Origin: a virus
Length of the DNA stretch: 29,685 nucleotides
Reading direction: 5' to 3' (one strand)
UHGV virus genome: UHGV-0134783
Below are positions 9,566-18,523 of this stretch, piece by piece. The position numbers were made by a program, and so were the translations under genes. The notes beneath the pieces are model-generated. The model saw nothing but the letters and a program-made list of their open reading frames with translations. It was not told the origin of the DNA and did not search any database. Positions within the stretch are counted from its first letter, which is position 1. Every line of letters starts with the position of its first letter.

Positions 9566-9937
9566 TTACTCAGATTCGACAGGCCTACATATCAGCTCGA
9601 ACAGCGAATACACATCAAAACGTGCACCATCAACCAGCAAATCAGGACCAGTAGACCGTTTACAGTACACCACCGGATCACCATCAACCCCGTCAGCCAG
9701 AACAGCCTCAATACGACGCGCCAACGACATAGCACGATCCGGCGTATCAGAAAACACATTCACCCGCAAAAAAACACGCTCACGAACATGCAACTGCGGG
9801 CCACCATCCAACGCCAACCAAATCAGGTCACCGCCGAAATCGTCAGGCACCGTCCCTGTACACGGTATCCCAGACAGCCAGCCATCATCCTTGAGCACGC
9901 GTTTAGCCCACACACGCGGATCACCGTAAACAATCAC
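9566..9937 (-). CDS. head-tail joining protein (tail terminator-like position)
   Basis: 123 aa. GTG start overlapping the upstream stop (GTGA). Fourth of four small genes between the capsid and major tail genes. Confidence 0.6.
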   Translation of the reverse strand: MIVYGDPRVWAKRVLKDDGWLSGIPCTGTVPDDFGGDLIWLALDGGPQLHVRERVFLRVNVFSDTPDRAMSLARRIEAVLADGVDGDPVVYCKRSTGPDLLVDGARFDVYSLFELICRPVESE

Positions 9938-10224
9938 GAAGCCGCCCCAATCGACCGGGCCAGCGTGCCATGCTTCGCCTCAATACGCTTCCCGCCCTTA
10001 TAGGTGGTGCCAATCCTCGCCACAGCCTCGACACGGTGAACCTGCACCTCCGACGATAATCCGCCACGATACTGGGCCTTATCGAAAGAGTTACCGCCCA
10101 CATTCGCCGAGGCCGCACGCCTAACCCGCTCGCCACGCTCAGCCAACATAGCCTGAACCCCAGGGGACTTCAACACCTCACGAATACCCGGCAAGTTCAG
10201 CTTCACATTCACATCCTGAGCCAC
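9934..10224 (-). CDS. head-tail joining protein
   Basis: 96 aa, GTG start. Third small gene in the connector module. Confidence 0.6.
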   Translation of the reverse strand: MAQDVNVKLNLPGIREVLKSPGVQAMLAERGERVRRAASANVGGNSFDKAQYRGGLSSEVQVHRVEAVARIGTTYKGGKRIEAKHGTLARSIGAAS

Positions 10225-10230
10225 TACCCA

Positions 10231-10578
10231 TCAGCCCTTCTTACGCTTCACATTGATCTGCGTACCAGCATCCCAACCGGACATGGGGTGATGCCACACG
10301 ATAGGAGACCCGTCAGCCTCCCACACAACACCCCGGATACGCCACCTGCAACGATAATCAGCACCCACAACAGACTGCTTGAAAAGCATCGACCAATGCT
10401 CATAGTCAGAGTCACGCCCCGCGGCCTCATCCTCCTGCGAAACGGAAGCATAGATGGCCACGTTATGAAACACAGTCTCGACAGGCTTAGACCAGTCTTC
10501 CACCTTGTCGCCAAGATCATCGACACGAACAGTCGGTTGAAGCATCACAACCGTTTCACCATACGGAAAACTGGTCAT
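10231..10578 (-). CDS. head-tail adaptor / head closure protein
   Basis: ATG at 10578, one nt after the upstream TGA, with a GGGAG SD. The longer ORF reaching 10734 lies inside the upstream gene and is rejected. Confidence 0.6.
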   Translation of the reverse strand: MTSFPYGETVVMLQPTVRVDDLGDKVEDWSKPVETVFHNVAIYASVSQEDEAAGRDSDYEHWSMLFKQSVVGADYRCRWRIRGVVWEADGSPIVWHHPMSGWDAGTQINVKRKKG

Positions 10579-10579
10579 A

Positions 10580-11041
10580 TCATATCTCCCACAAAGGGCC
10601 AGCGTAGCCGTTAATATTCGACCCGCACGAGCAACCCTCACCCCACACCGTGGAACACACCTCAGAATGCACATATCGACCATTAATAGTTGGGGTAATA
10701 GTGAACGCTTTACCAGCCCCACCATCACCCTCACACAACTTCTTCAACGCAGCAATCTCAGAAGGCCACAACAAATTCGTGGGAGTATTCGACCGTGTAG
10801 TCTGAGCAAACGGGCCCGCAGACTCGTACTGCACCTGACCCGAAACCCCGGTATCATTCCAGCGCAACAGGGCCCTGCGCAGAATAGCCTTAGCGGCATC
10901 CTTATATTTGAAATCCGGTTTAGCGATACAGGGGGCGACACTGACAGCTACAGCCTCCACATCAGCGATCATCGCCTCAAGCTTCTCTCTAGGAATATCG
11001 GCGAAAGGCTCAATATCCTCAGGCTTCAAAATGATACCCAT
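10580..11041 (-). CDS. head-tail connector protein
   Basis: ATG at 11041 behind a GGGGGTGG SD. The ORF-track start at 11068 is a GTG with no SD. First gene after the major capsid gene. Confidence 0.65.
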   Translation of the reverse strand: MGIILKPEDIEPFADIPREKLEAMIADVEAVAVSVAPCIAKPDFKYKDAAKAILRRALLRWNDTGVSGQVQYESAGPFAQTTRSNTPTNLLWPSEIAALKKLCEGDGGAGKAFTITPTINGRYVHSEVCSTVWGEGCSCGSNINGYAGPLWEI

Positions 11042-11084
11042 CAACACCACCCCCTGCACACAGTACACATTCGCTTATCTTGTA

Positions 11085-12029
11085 TCAGTTACCAGCCGGA
11101 GGAGGAGTCGGTGCAGCCTTCTCCTTCACCACAGCAAACGAATCAAGCGACTCAATCGCAACATACAGCACAGCCTCGGCACGAACCATAACCTCATTAT
11201 GGCCCTTCAAGTCACGGCCAGTCTGATCCGGGTCACCATACTCGATCAGCTCGATCGGGAAGTTACGCTGGAACCCCCAATGAACACGAGAGAAATCACC
11301 AACAATAGCCTTAACACCAGAGGCAGGCGACATCTCCGGGGCACCCGAAACAGTCGAAGAAGCACCAACATTCAGCCCACGCCAATTATCCAAACCAGCA
11401 AACCCGGCGGCAGGATACATCGGCTGACCGGCAAGCGGAGACCCCTTCGGATACACCTCAGTAGACAGAGCAAACGAGAACGCCGGATCCAAAGCAACAC
11501 CGTTAGGAACCTGCAAACCAGCCCCAGCGATAAGGCCGACAGCCTTGACCAGATCAGCCGTAGCGGAATCGGTGGCATCAACCGTCTTCTTCGTCTTATC
11601 CAGCGACACCTTGACAGCCGCAGCAGGCTTCCCAGTGGCAGGATCAATACCGTGGAAAGCAATCAGATCCACGGCGCGACCAATCGAAGCACCCAAAGCG
11701 GGCGAAATCAGATCCTGCAAAACACCCAGACGGTAATCGGCGTCAGCCCACATAAACTCGTCGCTTACGCGCTGCTGAGTCACAACCTTGATAGGCTGCG
11801 CAGTAAACGCCGAAACATCAACCGAAGCGGAAGGCTTAACCTCACCCTCGCCAACAATCTTGGCGCGAGGAACACCAGAAAAAACGGCACCCTTAACAGG
11901 GCCGAAAATAGTCGGCTGCTCCGGCGAAAGCTTCGCCAAAACACCAGAATCGATAGCACGGTCACGAACCGCACCAATCATAGAACCAGGAAGCTCAAGC
12001 TTACCTGCAGAAAGAAAATCGTCAGCCAT
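11085..12029 (-). CDS. major capsid protein (HK97 fold)
   Basis: 314 aa. ATG with a strong TAGGAGA SD. Follows the scaffold gene. Sequence features typical of actinophage HK97-like capsid proteins. Confidence 0.85.
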   Translation of the reverse strand: MADDFLSAGKLELPGSMIGAVRDRAIDSGVLAKLSPEQPTIFGPVKGAVFSGVPRAKIVGEGEVKPSASVDVSAFTAQPIKVVTQQRVSDEFMWADADYRLGVLQDLISPALGASIGRAVDLIAFHGIDPATGKPAAAVKVSLDKTKKTVDATDSATADLVKAVGLIAGAGLQVPNGVALDPAFSFALSTEVYPKGSPLAGQPMYPAAGFAGLDNWRGLNVGASSTVSGAPEMSPASGVKAIVGDFSRVHWGFQRNFPIELIEYGDPDQTGRDLKGHNEVMVRAEAVLYVAIESLDSFAVVKEKAAPTPPPAGN

Positions 12030-12035
12030 CAGAAA

Positions 12036-12590
12036 TCATCTCCTAGAATTATTGACAAGAGCATCCACAAACGCGACACCCTCACGTCGTTTAACATCAT
12101 CAACGGGGGCACTCCCCGCAAGACGGCGCACACCCGCGCCACCACCACTATGGTCGATCAAACCCTTCAAAGCCTTAGCAGACTCCACCAATGCTTCACG
12201 ATCGCCACCGTGCAAGAAAGCGACCGCATCACCCGACAGGCCACACTCGGCAGCCACCTCACGCTTCACACCCTCAAGAACAAACCCATTAATCCGGTCT
12301 TCGAGTTCCTCATTCTTGCGGCGAAGATCATCAATCACAGACCCCGCATCACCATCCGAGGCGCGAAGCTTCTCCAACTCGGCGAAATTACTTTTAGCAC
12401 GAGACTCCCACTTACGGGCCTCAGCCTTCCAATCCGTGCCAGAAGAAGACTCCTCCTTCACGGAAACATCACCGGCATGATCATCGCCGGCAGCCTGCCC
12501 ATCCTTCACAACATCAACAACGTCTCCACCCTTTCCGGGCTCAACAGCATCATTGTCAACATTCTGTTCTTCAACTTTTTGATCGGCCAT
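12036..12590 (-). CDS. scaffolding protein
   Basis: 184 aa, highly acidic, predicted coiled coil (EELEDRINGFVLEGVKREVAAE). AAGGAG SD. Immediately upstream of the capsid gene. Confidence 0.75.
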   Translation of the reverse strand: MADQKVEEQNVDNDAVEPGKGGDVVDVVKDGQAAGDDHAGDVSVKEESSSGTDWKAEARKWESRAKSNFAELEKLRASDGDAGSVIDDLRRKNEELEDRINGFVLEGVKREVAAECGLSGDAVAFLHGGDREALVESAKALKGLIDHSGGGAGVRRLAGSAPVDDVKRREGVAFVDALVNNSRR

Positions 12591-12693
12591 AGCCTAACCC
12601 TATACTCCTTGCGGAAAACAACACAACATTGTTGACCCCCGTGCGGGAGACAACCCTGTGCACCGATAACCGGCGACACACAACCGGAAACCA

Positions 12694-13449
12694 TCATCTC
12701 ATGTCGCCAACAGTACGCATAGCCTTCAAAATATTGCCAGGCGACTGCTGCAACCCATGATCATCAACCCACTCACGAGCCTTCTCATACGTCCTCTGAT
12801 ACTCGGCATCAGCCCTATTCGGTTCCCAAGGGCCAACAACCTCAACCACCGTACACCCGCAATGATCATGATACTTCGAACCAAACGGACGCCTACCGGC
12901 ACGCTTATGACGCCGCGTATGACCAGTAGTAAGCGCCCGCTCCCTCGTCGTATAATCCGACCTCGTAGCCAACATGGCACAAAACGCGCACGGATCACCA
13001 TCAGTCACCCTGCGCCACGACCTACCCTGCGCACCCGCAGACCACTCAACCGTGTCACGGCCAGCATTCATCACAGCCCGATTAAAACCCGCCGCCATCG
13101 CACCAATCGTGTCATTCGCCCTATCCGGGTCACTCTTAAGAATCTTCATAGTCGAAAACGACCTAGCCAACGCGGCGGCAGCATCAAACTCGTCATACAC
13201 AATCAAACCAGGATCCACACCATTCAACCGGCGAAAATCCGACACAAACCTGGCAGCCAACGACGCCGAACCATCATGGCCGGCACGCTCCAACTCCCCA
13301 CACAAACGCACATACTGCGCATCTGTCATCTTCCCGGAATGCCACAAACGACCAAGCTCGGCATAATACCCAGCGTATTTCCCAGCAAACCTGACCGCCT
13401 CACGCTGATACTCAGTCGCAGCAAGCCTCGACGCAACACCCGAAGCCAT
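12694..13449 (-). CDS. head morphogenesis / minor capsid protein (MuF-like position)
   Basis: 251 aa, between the portal and scaffold genes. Cys cluster DPCAFCAML...HDHCGC. ATG at 13449. Confidence 0.55.
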   Translation of the reverse strand: MASGVASRLAATEYQREAVRFAGKYAGYYAELGRLWHSGKMTDAQYVRLCGELERAGHDGSASLAARFVSDFRRLNGVDPGLIVYDEFDAAAALARSFSTMKILKSDPDRANDTIGAMAAGFNRAVMNAGRDTVEWSAGAQGRSWRRVTDGDPCAFCAMLATRSDYTTRERALTTGHTRRHKRAGRRPFGSKYHDHCGCTVVEVVGPWEPNRADAEYQRTYEKAREWVDDHGLQQSPGNILKAMRTVGDMR

Positions 13450-13455
13450 CGCCTA

Positions 13456-14781
13456 TCAAACCTCGTTAGTTTGACGAGAAATAGCCCCAGCCAGCGCCGC
13501 CAACGGATCCGAAGACTCGGCACGATGACGCATCACAGCCTCAACCTGCACATCATCCAAACCCAACATCTCCAACACCGTCCGAGAATCCGCCGGCAAA
13601 ATACCGGCACCAACAAGCTTCGTCACAGCATCAGCCGTAGCCGCCCTGGTAGGCGTCGACGCATCACGCCAACGCAAACCAACATCACCAAAAAACGCGG
13701 CCTCATCAACACTCGAATCAAGCGCCCTGGCAGCCAAGAAACCAACCGACAGCCAGCCCTGACCAAACGACGTCTGCCTGCGTTCAGCACGCTTCACAAG
13801 CCGAGACTCCTCGGCAGCCAAAGCCTCCCCACTAGGCGGGTTAGACGTGATAAACCCGAAATAGCGTTCCGGAACAGCCGCCTCACCCGCAGTCAACTGC
13901 GCCAACAGCCTCATCTGATCCGAATACGGTGTAGGCGAATTGACAGGAAACGACCCCACATTCGGGGTATCACCGTCATCATCCTTATCCACAGCCCACA
14001 CAGAAGCCATCGACAGGACCCAGCCAGGCTGCGAAAACTCATCCGCGCTCACACCAGTCACCCAACGTTGAGGATACGCATAAAAATCACGATTCACAGA
14101 CTGCCCCAACAGTGTGCGAACAGCCTCATCAGTGTAAGCCCTAATAGACCTCGTAATCTCCGAACGCCCATCAATACGCGACGTCCTACGCCGATTCACA
14201 ATCGGCACCAACGGAACCGCCCCAAGCACATTCGGTATACGGCCCGTCTCAACCCACTCACGAGACCCACGCCGCTCCACCTGAACAATCACATCAGGCA
14301 ACAACAACTCAGCCTCAACAACCTCAGGATCACACGTCTGCTGCACCACCAAACCCGCATCCAAACGAGACCCATCAGCAGAAAACCGGCCAGTACAATT
14401 CTTCGGCGACTGCGGACGAACCAACACCGACCCATCATCCCGGGGAATAACAGCCACAAACGACAAACCAAAAATCAGTGCATCCAAATGCACATCACAC
14501 GACGCAGTAGCAAGCCGATTCGCAGCATACACACCATCCAGACCGTAGCCGTCACCATTAGTCCAGCCAAGCCAATCCAGACGCTCCTCCAAAGCATCCA
14601 CAGCAATACCAGGCCACGACACCACCGTCTGCACACGCTGCAACTCCGGCGGAATAGCCACCCCCAAATCACGCACCCGATTAGAGCCCTCATAGTAGCC
14701 CTCAATACGGCAATGCCACGAAGACAACCTTTGGATACGATCAAACATGCCCTCAATCAGAGCCAACTCATCCGAGTTCAT
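13456..14781 (-). CDS. portal protein
   Basis: 441 aa. ATGA overlap with the large terminase stop. Size and position are typical of SPP1-like portals. Confidence 0.85.
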   Translation of the reverse strand: MNSDELALIEGMFDRIQRLSSWHCRIEGYYEGSNRVRDLGVAIPPELQRVQTVVSWPGIAVDALEERLDWLGWTNGDGYGLDGVYAANRLATASCDVHLDALIFGLSFVAVIPRDDGSVLVRPQSPKNCTGRFSADGSRLDAGLVVQQTCDPEVVEAELLLPDVIVQVERRGSREWVETGRIPNVLGAVPLVPIVNRRRTSRIDGRSEITRSIRAYTDEAVRTLLGQSVNRDFYAYPQRWVTGVSADEFSQPGWVLSMASVWAVDKDDDGDTPNVGSFPVNSPTPYSDQMRLLAQLTAGEAAVPERYFGFITSNPPSGEALAAEESRLVKRAERRQTSFGQGWLSVGFLAARALDSSVDEAAFFGDVGLRWRDASTPTRAATADAVTKLVGAGILPADSRTVLEMLGLDDVQVEAVMRHRAESSDPLAALAGAISRQTNEV

Positions 14782-16289
14782 ACCACAGACACCCGCTTCC
14801 TACCAGACCGTTCACGCCGCCTAGCCTTCGCCATCTTCGCACCAAGATAAGCCAAAGACACAGCCTCCAAAGGAACCTCAGAACCATCCTTAAACGAGGA
14901 ACCCCAACCCCACGCAGAACCCTTCTTCTTCTGCACAGCCGACCTCACAGCAATATCCAACATGTCACGCCTCGAATCAGCCCTAGGGTGAGAAACCACA
15001 CCAGACCTTACACCCTCCAGGAACGCCTGACACGCCTCCACATACACCCCAGTATCAGCCACAATCACGCCACGACCCGGAACACCACGATCCGTCAACG
15101 CCTTCTGCAACAACACCGCACCAGACCCGGCAACCATGATCTTTTCAGTGTCACCCCAACGCAACGCCAACCAGTCAGCCAGCTGGCCCACACCATCAAC
15201 AATCGTGCCAGACAGGCCATCAATAACCTCAACATGAACCCCAGCATCAGTCTTGCCAGCACCAGCTAGCGCGACACGATCCCCCGAGCGAGAAAACGAG
15301 ACACCAAAAACCTTCCCGCCAACCAGAGCCGCCTCACCCACAGCCGACTGAACCCACTTATCGGCTGGTATCACCGACGAAGCAGACTGGCCACGATCCC
15401 ACCAGCCAAGCCGCTCCCGAGCAAACCCGGCCGCAGACATCGACTCATGCTCATCCGAGACTGTACCAAAATTCAGACGCCTACCCAGCGCAGGATTAGT
15501 ATCACCAGCCAACTTCCGCCACTGCCGCGACACATCATCCGGATCAGACTCGTCAGGAATCGAAAACTCCGTCCACGCAAACCTTTTACCACCCGACAAA
15601 GCCTGCCCACGCAAACGCAACACCACAGACCCGTCAGCCAACGGCCCAGGAGGAGTCCCCAAAAAAATCTGCTGAGGATCACCCGAAGGAGCCGCGCTCA
15701 CCGTAGGAAGCAAAGCCTCCAACTGCTCATCCGACAACTCCTGAGCCTCATCACACACCAAATCATCAACCGTAAACCCGCGAGCAGAACCCCGAGAACG
15801 GGCCACAAACTCAACCGAACCCCAACCCGGACAGCCACACTTACGCTCAAACGTGGCACAATCCGGATGATGCAACACAATAGCCTCCTGACCATTCGTC
15901 GCCCGAATCGACTTCACCATACGATACAAGTCAGGAAACTGCCGCTCATTCTCAAAAAACGACCTCAACCGCATAAACGCCTTACGAGCCGACTTCAACT
16001 CGTGAGCCGTATGCAAAATACGGCGACCCTGAATAGTCGCCTTAAACAACTCCACAACCTCCAAAATAGCATTCTTGCCATTCTGGCGAGGCACAAACAC
16101 CCCACACACACCCGAAGCAAGCCTGCCATTACCACCCACAGCAAGCCAATCATCCAACACCTGCTGCTGCCACGGATCAGGCGTCAACCCATAAGCCCTA
16201 CCAAGCTCACCCGCATCCCCGCCAGCAGACACCGAATACGCCGCAGCCACACGATGACGAGGCACCTGAGACCCAACAACACCAGACAC
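14778..16289 (-). CDS. terL: terminase large subunit
   Basis: 503 aa. Walker A VPRQNGKNAILEV and Walker B LVCDEAQEL in the N-terminal ATPase. C-terminal nuclease-like region. GTG start 4 nt after the small terminase TGA. Confidence 0.9.
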   Translation of the reverse strand: MSGVVGSQVPRHRVAAAYSVSAGGDAGELGRAYGLTPDPWQQQVLDDWLAVGGNGRLASGVCGVFVPRQNGKNAILEVVELFKATIQGRRILHTAHELKSARKAFMRLRSFFENERQFPDLYRMVKSIRATNGQEAIVLHHPDCATFERKCGCPGWGSVEFVARSRGSARGFTVDDLVCDEAQELSDEQLEALLPTVSAAPSGDPQQIFLGTPPGPLADGSVVLRLRGQALSGGKRFAWTEFSIPDESDPDDVSRQWRKLAGDTNPALGRRLNFGTVSDEHESMSAAGFARERLGWWDRGQSASSVIPADKWVQSAVGEAALVGGKVFGVSFSRSGDRVALAGAGKTDAGVHVEVIDGLSGTIVDGVGQLADWLALRWGDTEKIMVAGSGAVLLQKALTDRGVPGRGVIVADTGVYVEACQAFLEGVRSGVVSHPRADSRRDMLDIAVRSAVQKKKGSAWGWGSSFKDGSEVPLEAVSLAYLGAKMAKARRRERSGRKRVSVV

Positions 16290-16293
16290 CTAC

Positions 16294-16602
16294 TCAGGCC
16301 CCCCTACGCTTCCTATACCGGTCAATCATCGCCACCGCAGAACCCCCACCACGGCCACCAGACGCCACATCAACCGAATACCTATCCAACATGCCCATAA
16401 AAGCCTTCACATGAGCACGAAGCGAAGCCACCAAATCCGCGCGACCCTCACGCCACACCACATCATGAATCACCGCAGCATCCATAAGAAACAACCACTC
16501 CTCATCCGACACATACGGCGCGCGACTGTCCTCACCCCACACACGCCACCAACGACGCGTCTCCCCACACCAATCGTGTCCCTCAGGAAGCTCAGGCTGC
16601 AC
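16294..16602 (-). CDS. terS: terminase small subunit (start uncertain: longest ORF extends to GTG 16665, 2 nt from the cos site; GTG 16602 behind GGTGGTGAG preferred)
   Basis: First gene after the cos site and immediately before terL. The N-terminal extension KYLPFVVLSVCRLFVLVVSVV of the longest ORF is hydrophobic and lacks an SD. Confidence 0.55.
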   Translation of the reverse strand: MQPELPEGHDWCGETRRWWRVWGEDSRAPYVSDEEWLFLMDAAVIHDVVWREGRADLVASLRAHVKAFMGMLDRYSVDVASGGRGGGSAVAMIDRYRKRRGA

Positions 16603-16666
16603 AACACTCACCACCAACACAAAAAGTCGACAAACAGACAAAACCACAAAAGGGAGGTATTTCACT

Positions 16667-16677
16667 AAGCCGTACGA
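16667..16677. other. cos site: AAGCCGTACGA, the reverse complement of the 11-nt 3' cohesive-end sequence TCGTACGGCTT recalled for P. acnes phages; physical genome ends
   Basis: Exact 11-mer found precisely between the HNH endonuclease gene and the small terminase. Reverse complement of 16651-16666 gives AGTGAAATACCTCCC as the virion left-end sequence. Confidence 0.7.
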
Positions 16678-16728
16678 GGTCTTGCACGGGTGTGCAGGGG
16701 GTGGTCCCGGTGGGGGTTGGCGGGTTTT

Positions 16729-17031
16729 TCACCATGGAATCAATGTTTTTGTGGTTTGTTGTTGGAAACTAATGTTTGGTTCACTGCGATTGCCTTTGCT
16801 TCTGTTGCATGTTCTGCAGATGATTTGCCCGTTGTCGAGGGTGTTGAGTCCTCCGCGGCTGACGGGTGTGATGTGGTCGGCTTCGGGGCTGGTTGGCAGG
16901 TCGTGTGTGTCCCAGGCTATCTGGGCTCCGCAGAGTGGGCATTCGGTTTGGCCTTGCTTGCGTGCTTGGGTGATGAGTCTTGCCCGCCAGCGTCGGTGGG
17001 CTTGGCTGGCTGTGCGGTTGGTGCGTGCCAT
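16729..17031 (-). CDS. HNH endonuclease (packaging-associated, adjacent to cos)
   Basis: 100 aa. CPLCG...DHITPVSRGG...NGQIICRTCNRSKG is an HNH motif with a zinc-binding Cys pair. ATG at 17031. Ends 52 bp before cos. Confidence 0.85.
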   Translation of the reverse strand: MARTNRTASQAHRRWRARLITQARKQGQTECPLCGAQIAWDTHDLPTSPEADHITPVSRGGLNTLDNGQIICRTCNRSKGNRSEPNISFQQQTTKTLIPW

Positions 17032-17107
17032 GATGTGTCTGTTCCTCGCCTAGCCCTGTACTGGTCTTATTTGCCCCTCTAACGGCCTGGAATCGTCTGG
17101 GGGTATG

Positions 17108-17149
17108 AATACCCTACCGATGCCCTGCTGATCGATTCTGGGGGCTGTT
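17108..17149. promoter_or_regulatory. composite motif site A: TGGGGGTATGAATACC (17108-17123) + CTGATCGATTCT (17138-17149); 77-118 bp upstream of HNH on the minus strand
   Basis: The same two motifs recur at 18709-18743, with the ATCGAT-containing motif inverted, and in degenerate form at 19733-19754. Confidence 0.4.
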
Positions 17150-17559
17150 TTGTTCGTTTGAGGGGGTGTTCTGTTTGTGTCGGGGTGGTTGTTTTTTCCA
17201 CTACCCCCCGGCATGTGAGAAAGATCACATCGCCCCCCAGCTGTGTCAAAAGAGAAGGACACGGAAGAAAAATGGGGGTGGGTGTGTGTTCGCGTTTCAA
17301 GGCTTAGCGCCTAGCGCTGAAGTACACAGGCTAAGCGGGAACACCTTCAAAGTTTTTAAAGTCTTCTACATATAATATACACTTTAAGTCTTACCCGGTG
17401 TTAAGGGTGTTAGCGTGACACGCCGTACGCCTTCAGCCGAACACGCCAAGCATAAAAGGGACACGGGTGTAAGAGTGTGGGGAGTGTACAAACCGGGAGC
17501 GTGCGACCGGTGGTACACGAGACACACGGCGAAAGTCCATCGGCGCTGATGGTAAAAGG

Positions 17560-18050
17560 TTTCTCTTCTCCCCTGATGAAGAAAAGAAGAGAAGAGAGAA
17601 AGTACCAAAGAGAGTAGAGAAGTAAAGAAGTTAACCCTTTAACTCTTCTAAAACTTTTATAACTTATAAGCTTTAAGACTTATAGGTTATAATATTAAAG
17701 TTTAAGACTGATGGTTAATTTTAAGTACTTAAAGTCTTTAAAGTATCATAGTTACTTTAAGTGTTTAACTCTTTAAGTCTTAAACACTGATGTTAAGTTT
17801 ATATCCTTAAGCGCTAAGTCCTTAAGGTTTTATACTTAACTTAAGTGTTAAGGTTATATATTTACTTTAAGACTTTAAAGCTTTTATAGTAACTTAGATC
17901 CTTAAGGGCTAAGCCTTGAAGGTTTTAAAGTTACTATAAAGTACCTAAGACTGATGCCGAGCCCTTGAGGGGGCTCGGTGCTAAGCGTTAAGGTCTTAAG
18001 GGCTTAAGGGCTTAGCACTAAGCCTTGAGGCTTTTAAGTCTTTGGTAGAC
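17560..18050. repeat. AT-rich island densely packed with TTAAG / CTTAAG / TTTAAGACT / TTTAAGTCT short repeats (candidate replication origin / protein-binding array)
   Basis: Visibly far lower GC than the rest of the genome. TTAAG-type motifs occur every 10-20 bp. No credible ORFs. Confidence 0.6.
17961..17995. repeat. 35-bp direct repeat copy 1 with GC hairpin (CCGAGCCC-ttgagg-GGGCTCGG)
   Basis: CTGATGCCGAGCCCTTGAGGGGGCTCGGTGCTAAG. Near-identical copy at 18490-18523. Confidence 0.7.
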
Positions 18051-18489
18051 TGATGGATGTAAGGGTGAAAGCCGCGTCAGCGGATTTCGGCCTTGCGTCC
18101 AGCTGGCTACCTGTCCAGCCTATCATATGCCACCTGGGATGAGTCAAACTGGTGGATTTGGCTCTATAGGCGGGTTTGAGGGGTGTAAACGGGTGTTTTT
18201 GGTGGTAAAGGTCCAAAAATTAAACCTAAACTTTTCCTTAAATTTTCTTAGAGTCTTGTAACCTTTACAGGTGGTTAAGGCTGAAACCCCTAGCCAGAAC
18301 GGATTTCACCCCCGAACAGCTGTCACACTTTACTCCTGTGTCCTTTCCTAACACGCTAGGCCCATCAGTGCTGAGGGTGTTCCCTCAGGCTTTCGAGTAC
18401 TCGTCGCTGAGGCTCCTCGTACTCTCAAGCCTTCCCTGATGGCGTGTACCCCTTTCAGGGCTGTGCCTGATGAACTGAGCCTGCTCGGG

Positions 18490-18523
18490 CTGATGCCGAG
18501 CCCTTGAGGGGCTCGGTGCTAAG
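18490..18523. repeat. 34-bp direct repeat copy 2 with GC hairpin
   Basis: CTGATGCCGAGCCCTTGAGGGGCTCGGTGCTAAG, one G shorter in the loop than copy 1. Confidence 0.7.

Noticed and set aside
10579-10734. N-terminal extension of ORF 10231..10734 (and 11042..11068 of ORF 10580..11068)
   Set aside because: The extensions lie inside or abut the upstream genes, start with non-ATG codons and lack an SD. Internal ATGs with GGGAG / GGGGGTGG SDs give properly coupled genes.
3915-16400. Long plus-strand ORFs opposite the structural genes (3915..4778, 5178..6287, 10908..12635, 12757..14850, 15447..16400)
   Set aside because: Shadow ORFs of GC-rich coding DNA with His/Arg/Pro/Thr-rich nonsense translations. 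The minus-strand frames carry all recognisable motifs and coupled starts.
16682-17082. Plus-strand ORFs 16682..17053 and 16690..17082
   Set aside because: Overlap the HNH endonuclease gene on the opposite strand and translate to Gly/Trp/Val-rich low-complexity sequence.
17961-18523. Possible CRISPR array from the hairpin-containing repeats
   Set aside because: Only two copies about 500 bp apart, with no regular repeat-spacer periodicity.
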